A stretch of DNA of 64,000 bases. Source: the human T2T-CHM13v2.0 reference genome, Homo sapiens. Positions 1 to 22,740 of this stretch are shown here, one piece after another. Both the position numbers and the translations under genes were made by a program. How positions within the stretch are numbered: position 1 is the stretch's first letter; each line of letters opens with the position of its first letter. Location: assembly GCF_009914755.1 (NCBI RefSeq), contig NC_060926.1; one strand, 5' to 3'. The notes under the pieces were generated by a model. It was not told the DNA's origin. It did no database searches and saw only the letters and a program-made list of their open reading frames with translations.

Positions 1-270
1 TAGTTGTAATGTTTCTTAAATAATCTCTTTTAATACAGAGCAGTCCCTTTCCGTCCACATGCAACTTTTCCCCTACATGACATTGATTTATTTGGGAGAG
101 TAAAGTCATTGCACAGATAAATGTACATTCTGGATTTGTGTATTTCCTTTTGATATTAGTTTAACTTCCTCCTCTATCCTCTGTATTTCCTGTGAATTGG
201 AAGGTAAAAAGCTTGATTAGATTTAAGATAAAAATTTTTGGTGAGAAAACTTCATGGGTGATGCAGCATA

Positions 271-456
271 CAGTTGGTCCTTGAACAACACGACTTGAAC
301 TGTGTGGGTCCACTTACACATGGACTTTTTTTCCTACCAAATGCAGATAGAAAGTACAGTGGGACACCAGACAGAACTACAGGACTTGAGTATGATGGAT
401 TTTGGTACAGTCAGGGGTCCTAGAGCCAGTCTCTTGAGTATACTGAGGGATGACTG
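271..456. mobile_element. TcMar-Tigger-derived MITE (MER8/Tigger2-like)
   Basis: Starts CAGTTGGTCCTTGAACAACAC and ends ...GAGGGATGACTG, flanked by TA on both sides (269-270 and 457-458). Confidence 0.75.
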
Positions 457-607
457 TACTTCATATTGCATTGAATCAGGAGGCACATAATGTTGTTCTG
501 TCCCACAATGAATGATGCTAAGTTAGATCATTTGGAAAGGAGGTGACTACCAGATCTCTACAGTGAAAATATACCTTTTCTTCTGTAAATTAGTAATATG
601 CTGGTGA

Positions 608-880
<273 letters not shown>

Positions 881-1300
881 TAGGCTGGTCTTGAACTCCT
901 GACTTCAAGTGATCTGCCTGCCTCAGCCTCCCAAAGTGCTGGGATTACAGGTGTGAGCCACCGCGCCCAGCCCTCCAATTTTTCTTTACATTCTTCAATT
1001 GCTTAAGAATTTTTTAATGAATAAAATTTTCTTCCTAAGATAAATTTTATCAGGGAACTATCTAGTATTTCAGTACTCACAACAAATACAAATAAAAATA
1101 ATAAAAGGATACCCATTCCATCTTAGATTGATAGAAATTGAAGTCGAGGGTACAGAGTATCCTTGAGTACAGCAGAGTGTTCTCAAGGATGTAGGGAGCA
1201 AAGGAGTCTACAAGCTATGGGTATATAAACTGCTTGTGGGTGTATAAACTGTTACAATATTTTTATAGGGCACTTTAGCTAGCTAGCTAGCTATCTATAA

Positions 1301-1689
<389 letters not shown>

Positions 1690-1791
1690 TGAACTCCTGA
1701 CCTCAGGTAATCTGCCCACCTCAGCCTCCCAGAGTGTTGGGATTACAGGCATGAGCCACTGTGCCCAGCCTAATTTTTGAATTTTTAGTAG

Positions 1792-2006
<215 letters not shown>

Positions 2007-2508
2007 TAAGGATGTCATTGCAGTGTTATTTTTAATAGCAAAAAACAAACATGAGAACAACATAAATGTCATCTAGCAGTCAAAAAGAATGACTTCATCA
2101 AACTCAGGTTATTGTTATTATCAGAATGTTTCTTACAGCATTCTGTTTTCATTTGCTGTAACTTCTTACCTCAAAGTGTCTTTTTGTTTTTCCTTTACTC
2201 ATTGCATTGTGCATAAACATGGAAAAATAAAAACTAAATGAGGTGCCTCTGTCATACTTAGCCTTCTGATTCTTAGAATAAGTAGGGTTTTGACGCTGAA
2301 GCACTCAAAGTAATATTTTAATTTTCTTTGTTCACTAGTCTCTTGAGAATACAGTGTAAATAAATCATATAATGGTGAAATGACACTTTTAGTAAGAAAA
2401 ATGTTGGCTGTATCCTAGTTATACTGAAACTCATGAAATAGGAATACCTGTCACCTTCAATATCTTTAGTTATCTTTAATATCTCTATTTTTTTGTCCCT
2501 TGAAACAG

Positions 2509-2584
2509 TTCGTTTTCCTGAAGATCTTGAAAATGACATTAGAACTTTCTTTCCTGAGTATACCCATCAACTCTTTGGGGATGA
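2509..2584 (+). CDS. HAT1: HAT1 coding exon 3 (VRFPEDLENDIRTFFPEYTHQLFGD)
   Basis: Pyrimidine tract ending gaaacAG at 2507-2508 and GTAAGT donor at 2585. The translation matches the N-terminal domain of human HAT1. 76 nt, and the phase joins the next exon. Confidence 0.97.
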
Positions 2585-3769
2585 GTAAGTAACTTAGTAA
2601 AATATTTGTCAAATTAGTATGGAAAAAAAAATTTTCATTCTTTTTCTTTTAGATTTAGAAATCAAATTTTATTTTCTTCTTATTTTTAATGTGGTTTATC
2701 TTAAAATATATGTTATAATGGTGTTTTTTTACATTGAGACACCAGTTATTTTAATACCTACCATTTAGTGCTGTAAATGCATTATTTAATTCTCACAGCA
2801 GTATTAATGATGGTATTATTATTTGCTGCTTTGTGCATTGATAGAATTGGATAATTGTTCATGAACATACAAATGGCTGGAGTATAGATTTTAGGCAATC
2901 TGACTCCAGAGCCCATAATCATAACTACTACTTTTTTCTGCTACCATTTTGCTAAATTACTTCTAGTAGCATGTATTCCCCTAAAGCTGTAATAGAAAGC
3001 TTAAGTTGTTATTCTATGATCAAATAAGCAGTTGAGAGAAGTTTATTTATTTATTATTTATTTATTTATTTTTGAGATAGGGTCTCGCTGTGTCACCCAG
3101 GCTGGAGTGCAGTAGTGTGATCAAAGCTCACTGCAGCCTGAACCTCCTGGGCATAAGCAGTCCTCCCACCTGAGCCTCCGAGTAGCTGGGACTACAGGCA
3201 CACACCATCATGCCTGGCTTTTTTTAAAAAATTTTTTGTAGAGATTGGGTCTCCCTATGTTGCCCAGGCTGGCCTTGAACTCCTGGCCTCAAGTGATCCT
3301 CCCACCTGCGCCTCCCAAAGAGCTGGGACTACAGGCATGAACCACTGTACCTGCCCTGAAGTTTATTTTTTAGAAGGAACTTTAAATATATGTCCCAGGC
3401 CAGGCGCAGTGGCTCATGCCTGTAATCCCAACACTTTGGGAGGCTGAGGCGGGCAGATTGCCTGAGGTCAGGAGTTCCAGACCGGCCTGGCTAATATGGT
3501 GAAACCCCGTCTCTATTAAAAATACTAAAATTAGCCAGGTGTAGTGGCACACGCCTGTAGTCCTGGCTACTCGGGAGGCTGAGGCAGGAGAATCACTTCA
3601 ACCTGGGAGGCAGAGGTTGCAGTGAGCCGAGATCATGCCACTGCACTCCAGCCTGTGCGACAGAGCGAGACTGTCTCAAAAAAACAAAAACAAAATAAAG
3701 ATATGTCCCAGTATATTTAGCACTGTTCTTTAATTTCCTATACTTTGATTACATCATTGAAATAGTTAC

Positions 3770-5870
<2,101 letters not shown>

Positions 5871-6251
5871 AGTGGACATTTAAATATTTCCCTTCATGTC
5901 TTTTTTCCCCCCATGCATTATTTTAACATCATTGACATATTTCTTTAATGTGTGGGGGTTTTGGGTTTTTTTGTTTGTTTGTTTTTTGAGACGGAGTCTT
6001 GCTCTGTTGCCCAGGCTGGAATGCAGTGGCATGATCTTCTTGGCTCATTGCATCCTCTGCCGCCTCCCAGTTCAAGCGATTCTCATGCCTCAGCCTCCCG
6101 AGTAGCTGGGACTACAGGTGTGTGCCACCACACCCAGCTAATTTTTTTTTTTTGTAATTTTAGTAGAGGCGGGGTTTTGGCATATTGGCCAGGCTGGTCC
6201 CGAACTCTGGAGCTTAGACAGTCTGCCTGCCTCAGCCTCCCAAAGTCCTAG

Positions 6252-6605
<354 letters not shown>

Positions 6606-8682
6606 TAATGTGTGTTTTGTTTTGAGACGTAGTTTCGCTCTTGTTGCCCAGGCTGGAGTGCAATGAATGGTGCGATCTCGGCTCACTGCAAGCTGCGCCT
6701 CCTGGGTTCAAGTGATGCTCCTGCCTCAGCCTCCCGAGTCGCTGGGGTTACAGGCGCCTGCCACCATGCCCAGCTAATTTTTGTTATTTTTGGTAGAGAT
6801 GGGGTTTTGCCGTGTTGGCCAGGCTGGTGTCGAACTCCTAACCTCAGATGATCCACCCACCTCGGCCTCCCGAAGTGCTGGGATTACAGGCGTGAGCCAC
6901 TGCACCAGGCCCTTATTGTGTTTTTAAGTCAACAAATGTCTCTTCCTGCAACGAATTTCCTGTGAATTTTTCATTATTGATGTATCAGATTAGGCATTTT
7001 ATGTGCTTTCACATATTAATAATTGTATCTTATTATACATAGATTAATGCCAAAATTTCAGCCTTTCATATTTTAAATAGGTTTTACTTTATTATAAAAA
7101 TAAGAATATTTTCTCTTTGGAGTTCTATCTCTAAAGAGACATTGTTTTATTCTCTACTTTTTACTACTTTAAAAAATCTGTGTAATATCTTAGTAGATAA
7201 GATCTAGTTTTACAGATAGTGCTTCTTTTTAATTTTTTGAGACGGAGTCTTGCTCTGTTGCCCAGGCTGAAGTGCAGTGGCGCAATCTCAGCTCACTGCA
7301 GTCTCCACCTCCTGGGTTCAATCTATTCTCCTGCCTCAGCCTCTTGAGTAGCTGGGATTACAGGCACCCACCACCACACCTGCCTATTTTTTTTTTTTTT
7401 TTTTTTGTAGTTTTAGTAGAAACGTGGTTTCACCATGTTGGCAGGCAGGTCTTGAACTCCTGACTTCCAGTGATCCCCCCCCGCCTCAGCATCCCAAAGT
7501 GCTGGGATTACTGGTGTGAGCCACCGTGCCCAGACCAGTTAGTGCTTCTTAATGGCATTTTGCACACTGTTTTGCGTAATATCACTGAAAGTGGGGTGCT
7601 TGTATACCACTCTTCTAAGATGGGTAGGGGACAGTAACATAATAGTGATATCCCTGAACTGTATGACCCAAGCATGATAATTGGTCTTGATCCTAGTATC
7701 ATTGCCACTCCTTTCTTCTTCACATAACTTTCAGAGTTGCTGGAATGGACAGTGCTCCGTATTTTCGTAGCCTAGACAGAAATTTGGAAATGACACTGCT
7801 TCTTTCAAACACTTTTCTTTCACAATTCACTTTCTAAAAAAATCAGAATACAGCTTTATTGAGATATATACTGTGCAATTCATTTATTTAAAGTGTACAA
7901 TTCAGTGGTTTTTAATGTATTCAGAGTTGTGCAAACACAGTCAATTTTGGAACATTGTCATTACTTCCATCAAAAACCCTAAAATGCATTAATAGTCACT
8001 TTACCCTGACCCCTAGTCTTAGGCAGTCACTAATTTACTTTCTGTCTCTATAGATTTACCTATTTTGGATAATTTAGAGTTCACTTTTTAGAAGACTCTT
8101 TTAAGCTGGAAAAAGGAATATTAAGGCATAAATGTGATAGCAGGGAGCAGGGGTGGAAGAATTAGCAGCAGTTCCATATCTGCCTTTTGAGTTCATAGAG
8201 CAGTTTACATGTAGTAAGGCAGGTGCTATTGCTGCAGCTCTGGATTTTGGTGATTCAGTAAGCAGTAAGTTGGAGGGACTGGTCCAAGGCTTGGTAGCTG
8301 CTTGCCTAGCCAGGTCCTAATTTAACACTACTTCTCTCATTTGAAATGCCTTCTAATACTGGTAATGGTAGCAGCAGCAGCAACAGTAGCAATAGTATTA
8401 AATGTCTGACATTTAGTGAGTACTTATACAATGTGCCAGTTTTATAAGTAGTTTACATGTATTAACTTATTTAACCCAAACAACATTCCTGACTTAGGCA
8501 ACATTCCTGAGTTATTCTATTTTATAGATGAAAACTGAAGCACATTTTATTGTAGATTTTTTTTTTAAGTATAGTTTAAAATCTTGAAACTACCCATGAA
8601 GTTAAACTTGTTTATATGTAGGGTTAATACTTTTTAATGACTGCAAAAATTCATTCCATTATTGCTATTTTTTCCATTTCAG

Positions 8683-8803
8683 TGAAACTGCTTTTGGTTA
8701 CAAGGGTCTAAAGATCCTGTTATACTATATTGCTGGTAGCCTGTCAACAATGTTCCGTGTTGAATATGCATCTAAAGTTGATGAGAACTTTGACTGTGTA
8801 GAG
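8683..8803 (+). CDS. HAT1: HAT1 coding exon 4 (ETAFGYKGLKILLYYIAGSLSTMFRVEYASKVDENFDCVE)
   Basis: tttcAG acceptor at 8681-8682 and GTAAGA donor at 8804. 121 nt. The ORF track entry 8750..8932 shows part of it (MFRVEYASKVDENFDCVE). Confidence 0.97.
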
Positions 8804-8863
8804 GTAAGAACAGAAATACTTTTTAAACTGTTTTCCAATTTAATTTATTTTAAAATAGGTTTT

Positions 8864-13465
<4,602 letters not shown>

Positions 13466-13713
13466 AAGAAAATTATATTTTAGGCTTGTTCTGTTTCCGA
13501 GCATTCCTCATTTAAGGGCATTGAAACTTCACCATTGATTTTTTTAAAGATTAAATCCCATTTTGTCACTAAATCATATTTATAAAATTGAAAGTTAATT
13601 CTTATAGCAAAATCTCTTTTCTTTGCACTTATTAATCCAGCAAGTTTTAGTAAATTATATCTGATATACTGTTGGTAATACTGTGCTAGACACAAGTATG
13701 GAAAATGAAATAT

Positions 13714-14638
13714 ATTACTTCATACTGTATGTCATAACTTTCCTCTGCAGAAGTAGCAGTTCCTAAAGAATTAACAATTAAACCAACTTTTTCAGGGCTT
13801 TAAACTGATTTTAACTGTTGACTTTACCTCTTTTGCCACCCCTATGCCCCATCTATATTTTTGGTTAAAACCTCCTCTCATTACTGGAACTGACTTACTT
13901 GGCCCTTTTTTATTATTTAAATTTTGAGGGATTTGTTATATTTAAAGGTTTTGCCCAAAGTCATACAACTAGTAAATAATCAGTATTGTACTAGGAGATG
14001 ATTATTTAGTGTTATTATGCATAATATATAATAATATCCTGATTAAAAGATGTTAGGAATATTTATGACCTGTTCTAAGAGGATCCAGGCTCTTGGGCTT
14101 ACTGCTTTTTCTCTCTCTCTCCCGTTATTTTTTTTTTTAATTTTAAGTTCTGGGATACATGTGCAGAACTTGCACGTTTGTTACATAGGTATCTTTCCCC
14201 TTTTGACCATGTGTTTTTCCCCCTCATTAAAAAAAATATTTTTTTAATTTTTAATTTTTTGTAGAGACGGGGTCTTGCTATAGTGCCCAGACTGGCCTCA
14301 AACTCCTGGCCTCAAGCAATCTTCCCACCTTGGCCTTCCAAAATGCTGGGATTACAGGCACAAGCCACCGTACCCAGCCTTCTCCTGTGTTTTATGCCAT
14401 GTGCTCCCAGTTTACTGCTATCATTGTAAGGAGCTTCACACTAGCAAACCCCTTATGGTTAAAAATACCATATTGGTAAGCTTGATGGAATCTGATTACT
14501 TCATACTGTATGTCATAACTTTCTTTTGCAGAAGTAGCAGTTCCTAAAACATTAACAATGCCACCAACTTTTTCAGGACTTTAAACTGACATTAACTTCT
14601 GACTTTACCTCTTTTGCCAACCCTATGCCCCATCTATA
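13714..14638 (+). repeat. Dispersed direct duplication of ~144 bp (13714-13857 and 14495-14638)
   Basis: Both copies run ATTACTTCATACTGTATGTCATAACTTTC..GCAGAAGTAGCAGTTCCTAAA...CCCTATGCCCCATCTATA with scattered substitutions. Confidence 0.92.
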
Positions 14639-16539
14639 AAACTAATTGTGCGTAGCATGAAAAAGATCTGAAATAGTTTCATATAATATGAATTGTGCAT
14701 AGCATGAAAAAGATCTGAAGTAGTTTCATATTCATTATTCAACTTTAGTATTAGAAATATTTTGAGTTCTATTTGGTTTTTTTGTGTGTTTTTCCCCACT
14801 TCCCAGCCATGTTTGAGATGACTGAGCTTGCCAGATAAATAATATGTAACTACATTTAATATTTGTTTTATTTTATATAGTTTGTTTCCCAGGATAACTT
14901 TTGAAATTGTGCAGATACAAAAGTGATTCTGAGTAATACTGTAGTGGTTTGATGTTTGAAAAGATGTAATCTTAGATAAACTAGCATTTAACACATTTAT
15001 TAAAATAGAGTTTTTTCATAATCAAATATGTAGATTGCTAAATTCTCCAGACCCAAGCCCAGCTAGATATTCTTATTAAAAATGCAGGTGATGTTTTTCC
15101 TTGTGTGTAAACCCACTGTTGGAGGGTTTTTGTTTTTTACAGTTGCAGCTGATAGCACTGAATTGATTTCTTCCAAAGGAACTATTGATTTAGTTATAGA
15201 TAAATCTTTTAAATATTTCATGCAGTGAAAATAGCTGTGTATTTGCATTGACATCTAATTGTTCCATTCTTGAAAATTAGGTTTTTCCATTTAGAAATAC
15301 TGTGTTAGGAATAAGGAATCAATCTTTTATAATGTCTCTTTGTAGAGTTACTTATTTGCTTTGTGGTCAAAGATCATTTATATTGCGTATTCAAACAAAG
15401 ACTTTTTTCCCCTTATTAAAAACGATTGGGTAGGGGATATGTGGGTCATGGGCTTGCTTCTTCTATCTCAGTTTGCAGTGAGTGTTCATTCCATAGTGCC
15501 TTCTGTGTTGTTGATGCCAGCGATACAGTGGCAGACAAAGTCATGGAGCTTACATTCTAGCCAAGAGGAACAGTCAGTAAACAAAATAGTAAATACACAA
15601 ATTAAATTCAGGCAGTATTATGAAGATACATTTTGCTCATTTCTGAATGATAAAGGAGGAACCAGCCATGTTATAATCTGAGGGTAAAGCTTACTAAGAT
15701 ACAAAGGCTCTAAAAATACAGCATTTTTGGCATTTTTGTAGTCCAGAAAGATTACCAGGGTTAAATCATTGTGGTGATGGAGAGAGGGGTAGGAGATGGT
15801 TGAAGGGGATGCAAAGCTAGATCATCATATAGGATCTTGTGTTCTGTGATAGGTGTTTGCAAGAAATAAGAGTAGTTGGCATTCTTTAGAGGCATTCTTA
15901 AGTAGGTGGAGGTCATAAACAATGTGATTTATATTTTTAAAATATGATTCTGGCTGCTGTGCAGAGAACACACTGTATAGGGCAAAAGTGAAAGAAGAGA
16001 CCGGAACATTGCAGTGTTAGAGGTGACACTGGACTTAGTTGTCAGAGTAAGGAACATTTTGGAGGTCTGCTGTTGAATTAGATGTGACAGATGAAGAAAA
16101 AAAACGAGAACCCCATTGCCCAAGTTCAATTATGGTACTGTTAACTGGGAAAACTATAGAAGAAATAGGTTTAAGTGGAAAAAATAAAAAAATTTTATTT
16201 TGGATGTTAGGTTTGAGTCTAATATATTAGGGCTTTGCAGATCATACTGCATAGATGGTCAGCAGCCATAACATCTGCTTAGAAGTTATTTCTTATTAGG
16301 ATTATGTCATTACATTAATTTTTAATCATCCATTCTTTTACTTTTCCAAGCTGAATGCTCTAGTTGCACCTAAAATTCTTCAGTCACAATTAAGATGCCT
16401 ATAAAATCTCTACTAGCCACCATCTTTAAAGGAAACATAATTCTGAATTTTACAATACAATAAACTTGATTATTCAGACACTGATGATTTTTTCATCTGG
16501 TTGTCCTTGACCTTTGCTTTTATTAACACCTCCTGCTCT

Positions 16540-18515
<1,976 letters not shown>

Positions 18516-21128
18516 TAGTTCCCTGGTGTGTCTAGTCAGCTGAATTTCTTACCCTTTCTATATTTCTGTATAATTTTAGTTGAAGTTTAGAATAATGCTC
18601 TGGAATACAGGGAATTTTTCAGTGATCTTCAGAAATAGATTCTAAACTTTTAGCCACAAACATTGGAATTAAAAAGTTTCTGTTCATTTTTAACTCTATT
18701 CAATTAACAATGATTAAATGAGGTCTTGCTCTTGTGCTGATTTTATTATCTGATCAGTAATCCAATCTGAAAGACGAATATTTTAAATTAAACTAAATTA
18801 TATATTTGAGAAAAGAGTACAGATCTCTAAGACATGGTAGTCAGGATTTTTTTTTTTCTTAAAGCAGAATCCATTTAATAGAGAAATGCAGACATTTTCC
18901 CTTTAGTGAAGCGAAGTTGTAAATTCTAGGTTGAAGAACTATTTGGTTTTAAGTTGTATATTTTATGTAAGTATATCAGATACATATTTATATACATAAC
19001 TATTTATAAATATATATTTATATAATTATATAAAGATTCCTTGCTTTAAAATTGCCCTTTGCCCCGTAAAAATTCTTAATGTGTAAACTTACACAAAGCA
19101 AACTATTTTATTTGAAGATATTTATTACAGGAAATAGACATCCTTTGAAGGCTGAAAGCCCTTTTTCAACTTTGTTGGGCTCAAACCTTCTGGTTGCTCT
19201 GCCCGCCACCAAAAGTGCTACTTGAAACTTAGAGTTTCTGAGAAGTCTTTGAAGTAGATTTGATACAAGATATGTAAAGTGATTTGCAATGCCTTCTTGA
19301 GAAGACAGGACATAAGGAAAGTTTTTAAAAGTTAAAATTATACATGCTATGAAAGTCTTAAAGTGATTTTTAAACTGATAGATTATAAATCCCTTTTTAA
19401 AAGTAGTTTTTCTTGGCTTTTTAAAAACCTTAACTAACATACTATACTGTTTTACTCATCACTACTTTGGATTTTAATTGCTACACAACACATCTATTAC
19501 AGCTATCCCTCATTATGACAGTTTCCTTGATAGCTGTTGAAATTGTACTGATACTATAAAATATGCTTACGATGGCCTCTTCACGTTAGCAATTTCAAGG
19601 AAAAATATTTATCAAATAGTACTTTAAAAATAAGCAAAAACTGTCCTATGAAATGCAGTTTATTTGATCTAGAGTGTGAATGAGTTGCAAGGACTGATGT
19701 ACATATTAGAAATAAACTGTTGGGCAAAATGCTGAAGAGCTATATTTTCAATAATAGGTCTTTTTTATACCTATAAACAAATTATATATAAATGTTGGTG
19801 GTACCAGAGCATTGAAAATAAAACTTGTTTGTGATAAACGTCATCACTGGTTCTCTATCCTGAAATGTAACTGAATCATAATAAAGTGCTATTCATCTGC
19901 AGGTGCATTGCTTCTACTTAGTTAAAAGATGGTTGAAAGGATAGGAATTAGTAGCATGTTGTATTAGCCTTTTGTAGTGTATTTTGTCCTAAGCATCTTA
20001 ATTTCCCTGTTTTGAATGCTAAGTAGCAAGGGTCTTGGTTTAGAACTAATACCCATCATGCATGTAAACGGTATGAAAGAGCTGCTTAGTAAGTTAACAC
20101 AAAGTGTTCTTGTGTCAGTCCTTGTGGAAATAGATACAATACAAACATTACAGCTGAACTCACGGCAAACTCCATTAAGTAAAAACCTGGCCTCATTGTT
20201 CAGGAAAAAGTTTGAATAGAATACAAGCTCATTTTGTTGAATGTAATGTCAGGCTTTTAGGGACTGTATTGAGGGATAAGGTTTTGTTAAGTTGAGACCA
20301 ATTCATTAAGTTTTATTGCCTGGTGAGAAGCAGCAATACTTTATTGTAAGACTTCATCAAATATTCATGGTTAAAGAGAAGTAGTAAATGTATTCAATCA
20401 AGTGGTCTTTTGGGATTTTGAAAAGGATTATGAAGTCTGCTCAGCTGATAACATTGATAGAGGTTGTTTAACAAGGGTAATTTTAATCTCCAAGTTTAGT
20501 TTTGTTGTCCAGTCTTGTCTCTTTTTTACTGTCACAAATCCAGGTCTGTAAGAATTGTGTCACATTCTAAGGATAAAAGAATGATATATCCATTCATATA
20601 ATTTATGTTATTTCCTAAATATGTATATTTTTAAGTTATCATCTTAGTTTGAGTTTGGCATATGAGGGAATTGTGACCCATCTAGTTGTGAGATTGCTAT
20701 TCATTTGGTCAGACTCTAGTCTCATCTCACCACTGCTGGTGATCTTTTCATGTCTTGGATAATATGATTTCTTTGACACATATAAAATAATAAGCAACCT
20801 TTTGCCTTGGCCAGTTCAGACTGTCATGAAGGGGTATAGTCAGCTGTTTCTGCATAATGGAAATGTCCATAGCATTGCCCTTATTATTGTACTTGGTATC
20901 AGGTCACCTGCCTTCTCTTATTTACTTTTATATTATGCTCATCTCAGTTTTGTGTGATGCAGTTTGTGCACAGGAAGCTCATCCTTTTCCAATTCGCTGT
21001 GTGTTTACTTCTTTAGTTTTCAACCAAAGTTTTGTAATTTGTGTTGGTTTTGTCAGTTTTAAAGAAATAAACCATATTCAACTTAAAGTCGAATTTGTTA
21101 TTAATTTTTTATATCCTTTATTCTTTAG

Positions 21129-21308
21129 GCAGATGATGTTGAGGGCAAAATTAGACAAATCATTCCACCTGGATTTTGCACAAACACGAATGATTTCCTT
21201 TCTTTACTGGAAAAGGAAGTTGATTTCAAGCCATTCGGAACCTTACTTCATACCTACTCAGTTCTCAGTCCAACAGGAGGAGAAAACTTTACCTTTCAGA
21301 TATATAAG
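21129..21308 (+). CDS. HAT1: HAT1 coding exon 5 (ADDVEGKIRQIIPPGFCTNTNDFLSLLEKEVDFKPFGTLLHTYSVLSPTGGENFTFQIYK)
   Basis: tttAG acceptor at 21127-21128 and GTAAAG donor at 21309. 180 nt, phase 0-0. Confidence 0.97.
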
Positions 21309-21577
21309 GTAAAGATAAATCTAAATATTTATTGAGTAAAGTTCTATTTGCCTGAAACCTGTATGTAGTTTTGTTGTCAGTGATTTATTCTAACTGCAGT
21401 AAACAAGTTTTAATCAGCATTATAAACCAAGATCTATTTTGTGTGTATGTCTGTATCTATGTTCACATCTTAATCTGAGACTTCTAAACATTTTCCCACA
21501 GGATAATTTTGTGTTCTGCGGACTTTCACTTACCTTTGTGATGAGTTTCACCTGACTTTTCCTGGCTTTTTCCCTAG

Positions 21578-21699
21578 GCTGACATGACATGTAGAGGCTT
21601 TCGAGAATATCATGAAAGGCTTCAGACCTTTTTGATGTGGTTTATTGAAACTGCTAGCTTTATTGACGTGGATGATGAAAGATGGCACTACTTTCTAGT
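21578..21699 (+). CDS. HAT1: HAT1 coding exon 6 (ADMTCRGFREYHERLQTFLMWFIETASFIDVDDERWHYFLV)
   Basis: ccctAG acceptor at 21576-21577 and GTAAGT donor at 21700. 122 nt. Contains the conserved Hat1 WFIE..SFID.DD..W segment. Confidence 0.97.
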
Positions 21700-22199
21700 G
21701 TAAGTACAGTTCTAAAGCAACAGTAGACCTTATTACCTCCACAAAGCCAGCATTTTAATTGTGGCAGCCCAATTATTGGGACAGTATAATGATATTTTTC
21801 CCAGGAAAGAAAAACTATTGTTTATGAGGCTTGAGTTTTCCTTCATTATGCTTTGGGAGACCTTGAGAATAGAGCTGAATTAAATGCTGTTGTCCGTTAG
21901 GGCCCTGAATGTAGGCTTAAACAGTAAAATGAGCTTTGCCTGTGTTTTCTTTTACTTGCCACCTATTCATCTTTATAATAGGCAAGTGCACTGAAGTGAT
22001 GTAAAGAGGTCTGATTTATCCAAGTTGCTGCACACCAATTAAGTGAATTGTACATTCAGAACATAGCAGGTGTACCCATTGGGCCCTCACAGAGTAGCTT
22101 GCTGACACTGAAAATTCAGTCAGAGAATGGAAAAGAAAATGGACACTGCATGGGAGCGCGACTGTAATTGACCTGCTTGGCTTTCTGTTTTATCTGCAG

Positions 22200-22304
22200 A
22201 TTTGAGAAGTATAATAAGGATGGAGCTACGCTCTTTGCGACCGTAGGCTACATGACAGTCTATAATTACTATGTGTACCCAGACAAAACCCGGCCACGTG
22301 TAAG
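22200..22304 (+). CDS. HAT1: HAT1 coding exon 7 (FEKYNKDGATLFATVGYMTVYNYYVYPDKTRPRV)
   Basis: ctgcAG acceptor at 22198-22199 and GTAATT donor at 22305. 105 nt. Confidence 0.97.
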
Positions 22305-22633
22305 GTAATTGGCAGTATAACACGTGCCTTGTCTTTTATTTCAGAAGAAGGAACTGCTGAAGTTTCCAATACTTGTTATAATAGTGTTGATTTGTTTAAA
22401 AAAAAAATCACTATTATTCATGGGCTATGTACTGATTTATTTCATTGTTCCCTTTGAAACAGTGTAGAAGATTAAACTAATTTTGAGTATCTTGATAATT
22501 TTTGGGTATCTCAAAGGTGGATTGAAAAAAAGATCACACAAACTTTAAAGTGTTTGTAATACTATAGTGATCTGCAGGTTTTAAACTGGTCATGTTATGA
22601 TATTTTAATTTTAAAATAATTTCTTTACTGTAG

Positions 22634-22740
22634 TCAGATGCTGATTTTGACTCCATTTCAAGGTCAAGGCCATGGTGCTCAACTTCTTGAAACAGTTCAT
22701 AGATACTACACTGAATTTCCTACAGTTCTTGATATTACAG
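22634..22740 (+). CDS. HAT1: HAT1 coding exon 8 with GNAT acetyl-CoA-binding motif A (SQMLILTPFQGQGHGAQLLETVHRYYTEFPTVLDIT)
   Basis: tgtAG acceptor at 22632-22633 and GTATGT donor at 22741. 107 nt. Q-x-x-G-x-G motif (QGQGHG). Confidence 0.97.

Noticed and set aside
13714-14731. Direct repeats as a CRISPR-like array
   Set aside because: Only two copies of each unit, with no regular repeat-spacer periodicity and no cas genes, in a eukaryotic intron.
20857-21312. 151-aa ORF overlapping HAT1 exon 5
   Set aside because: Mostly T-rich intron sequence, then exon 5 in the wrong frame. It resembles no protein I recognise, and the canonical splice sites explain the exon.
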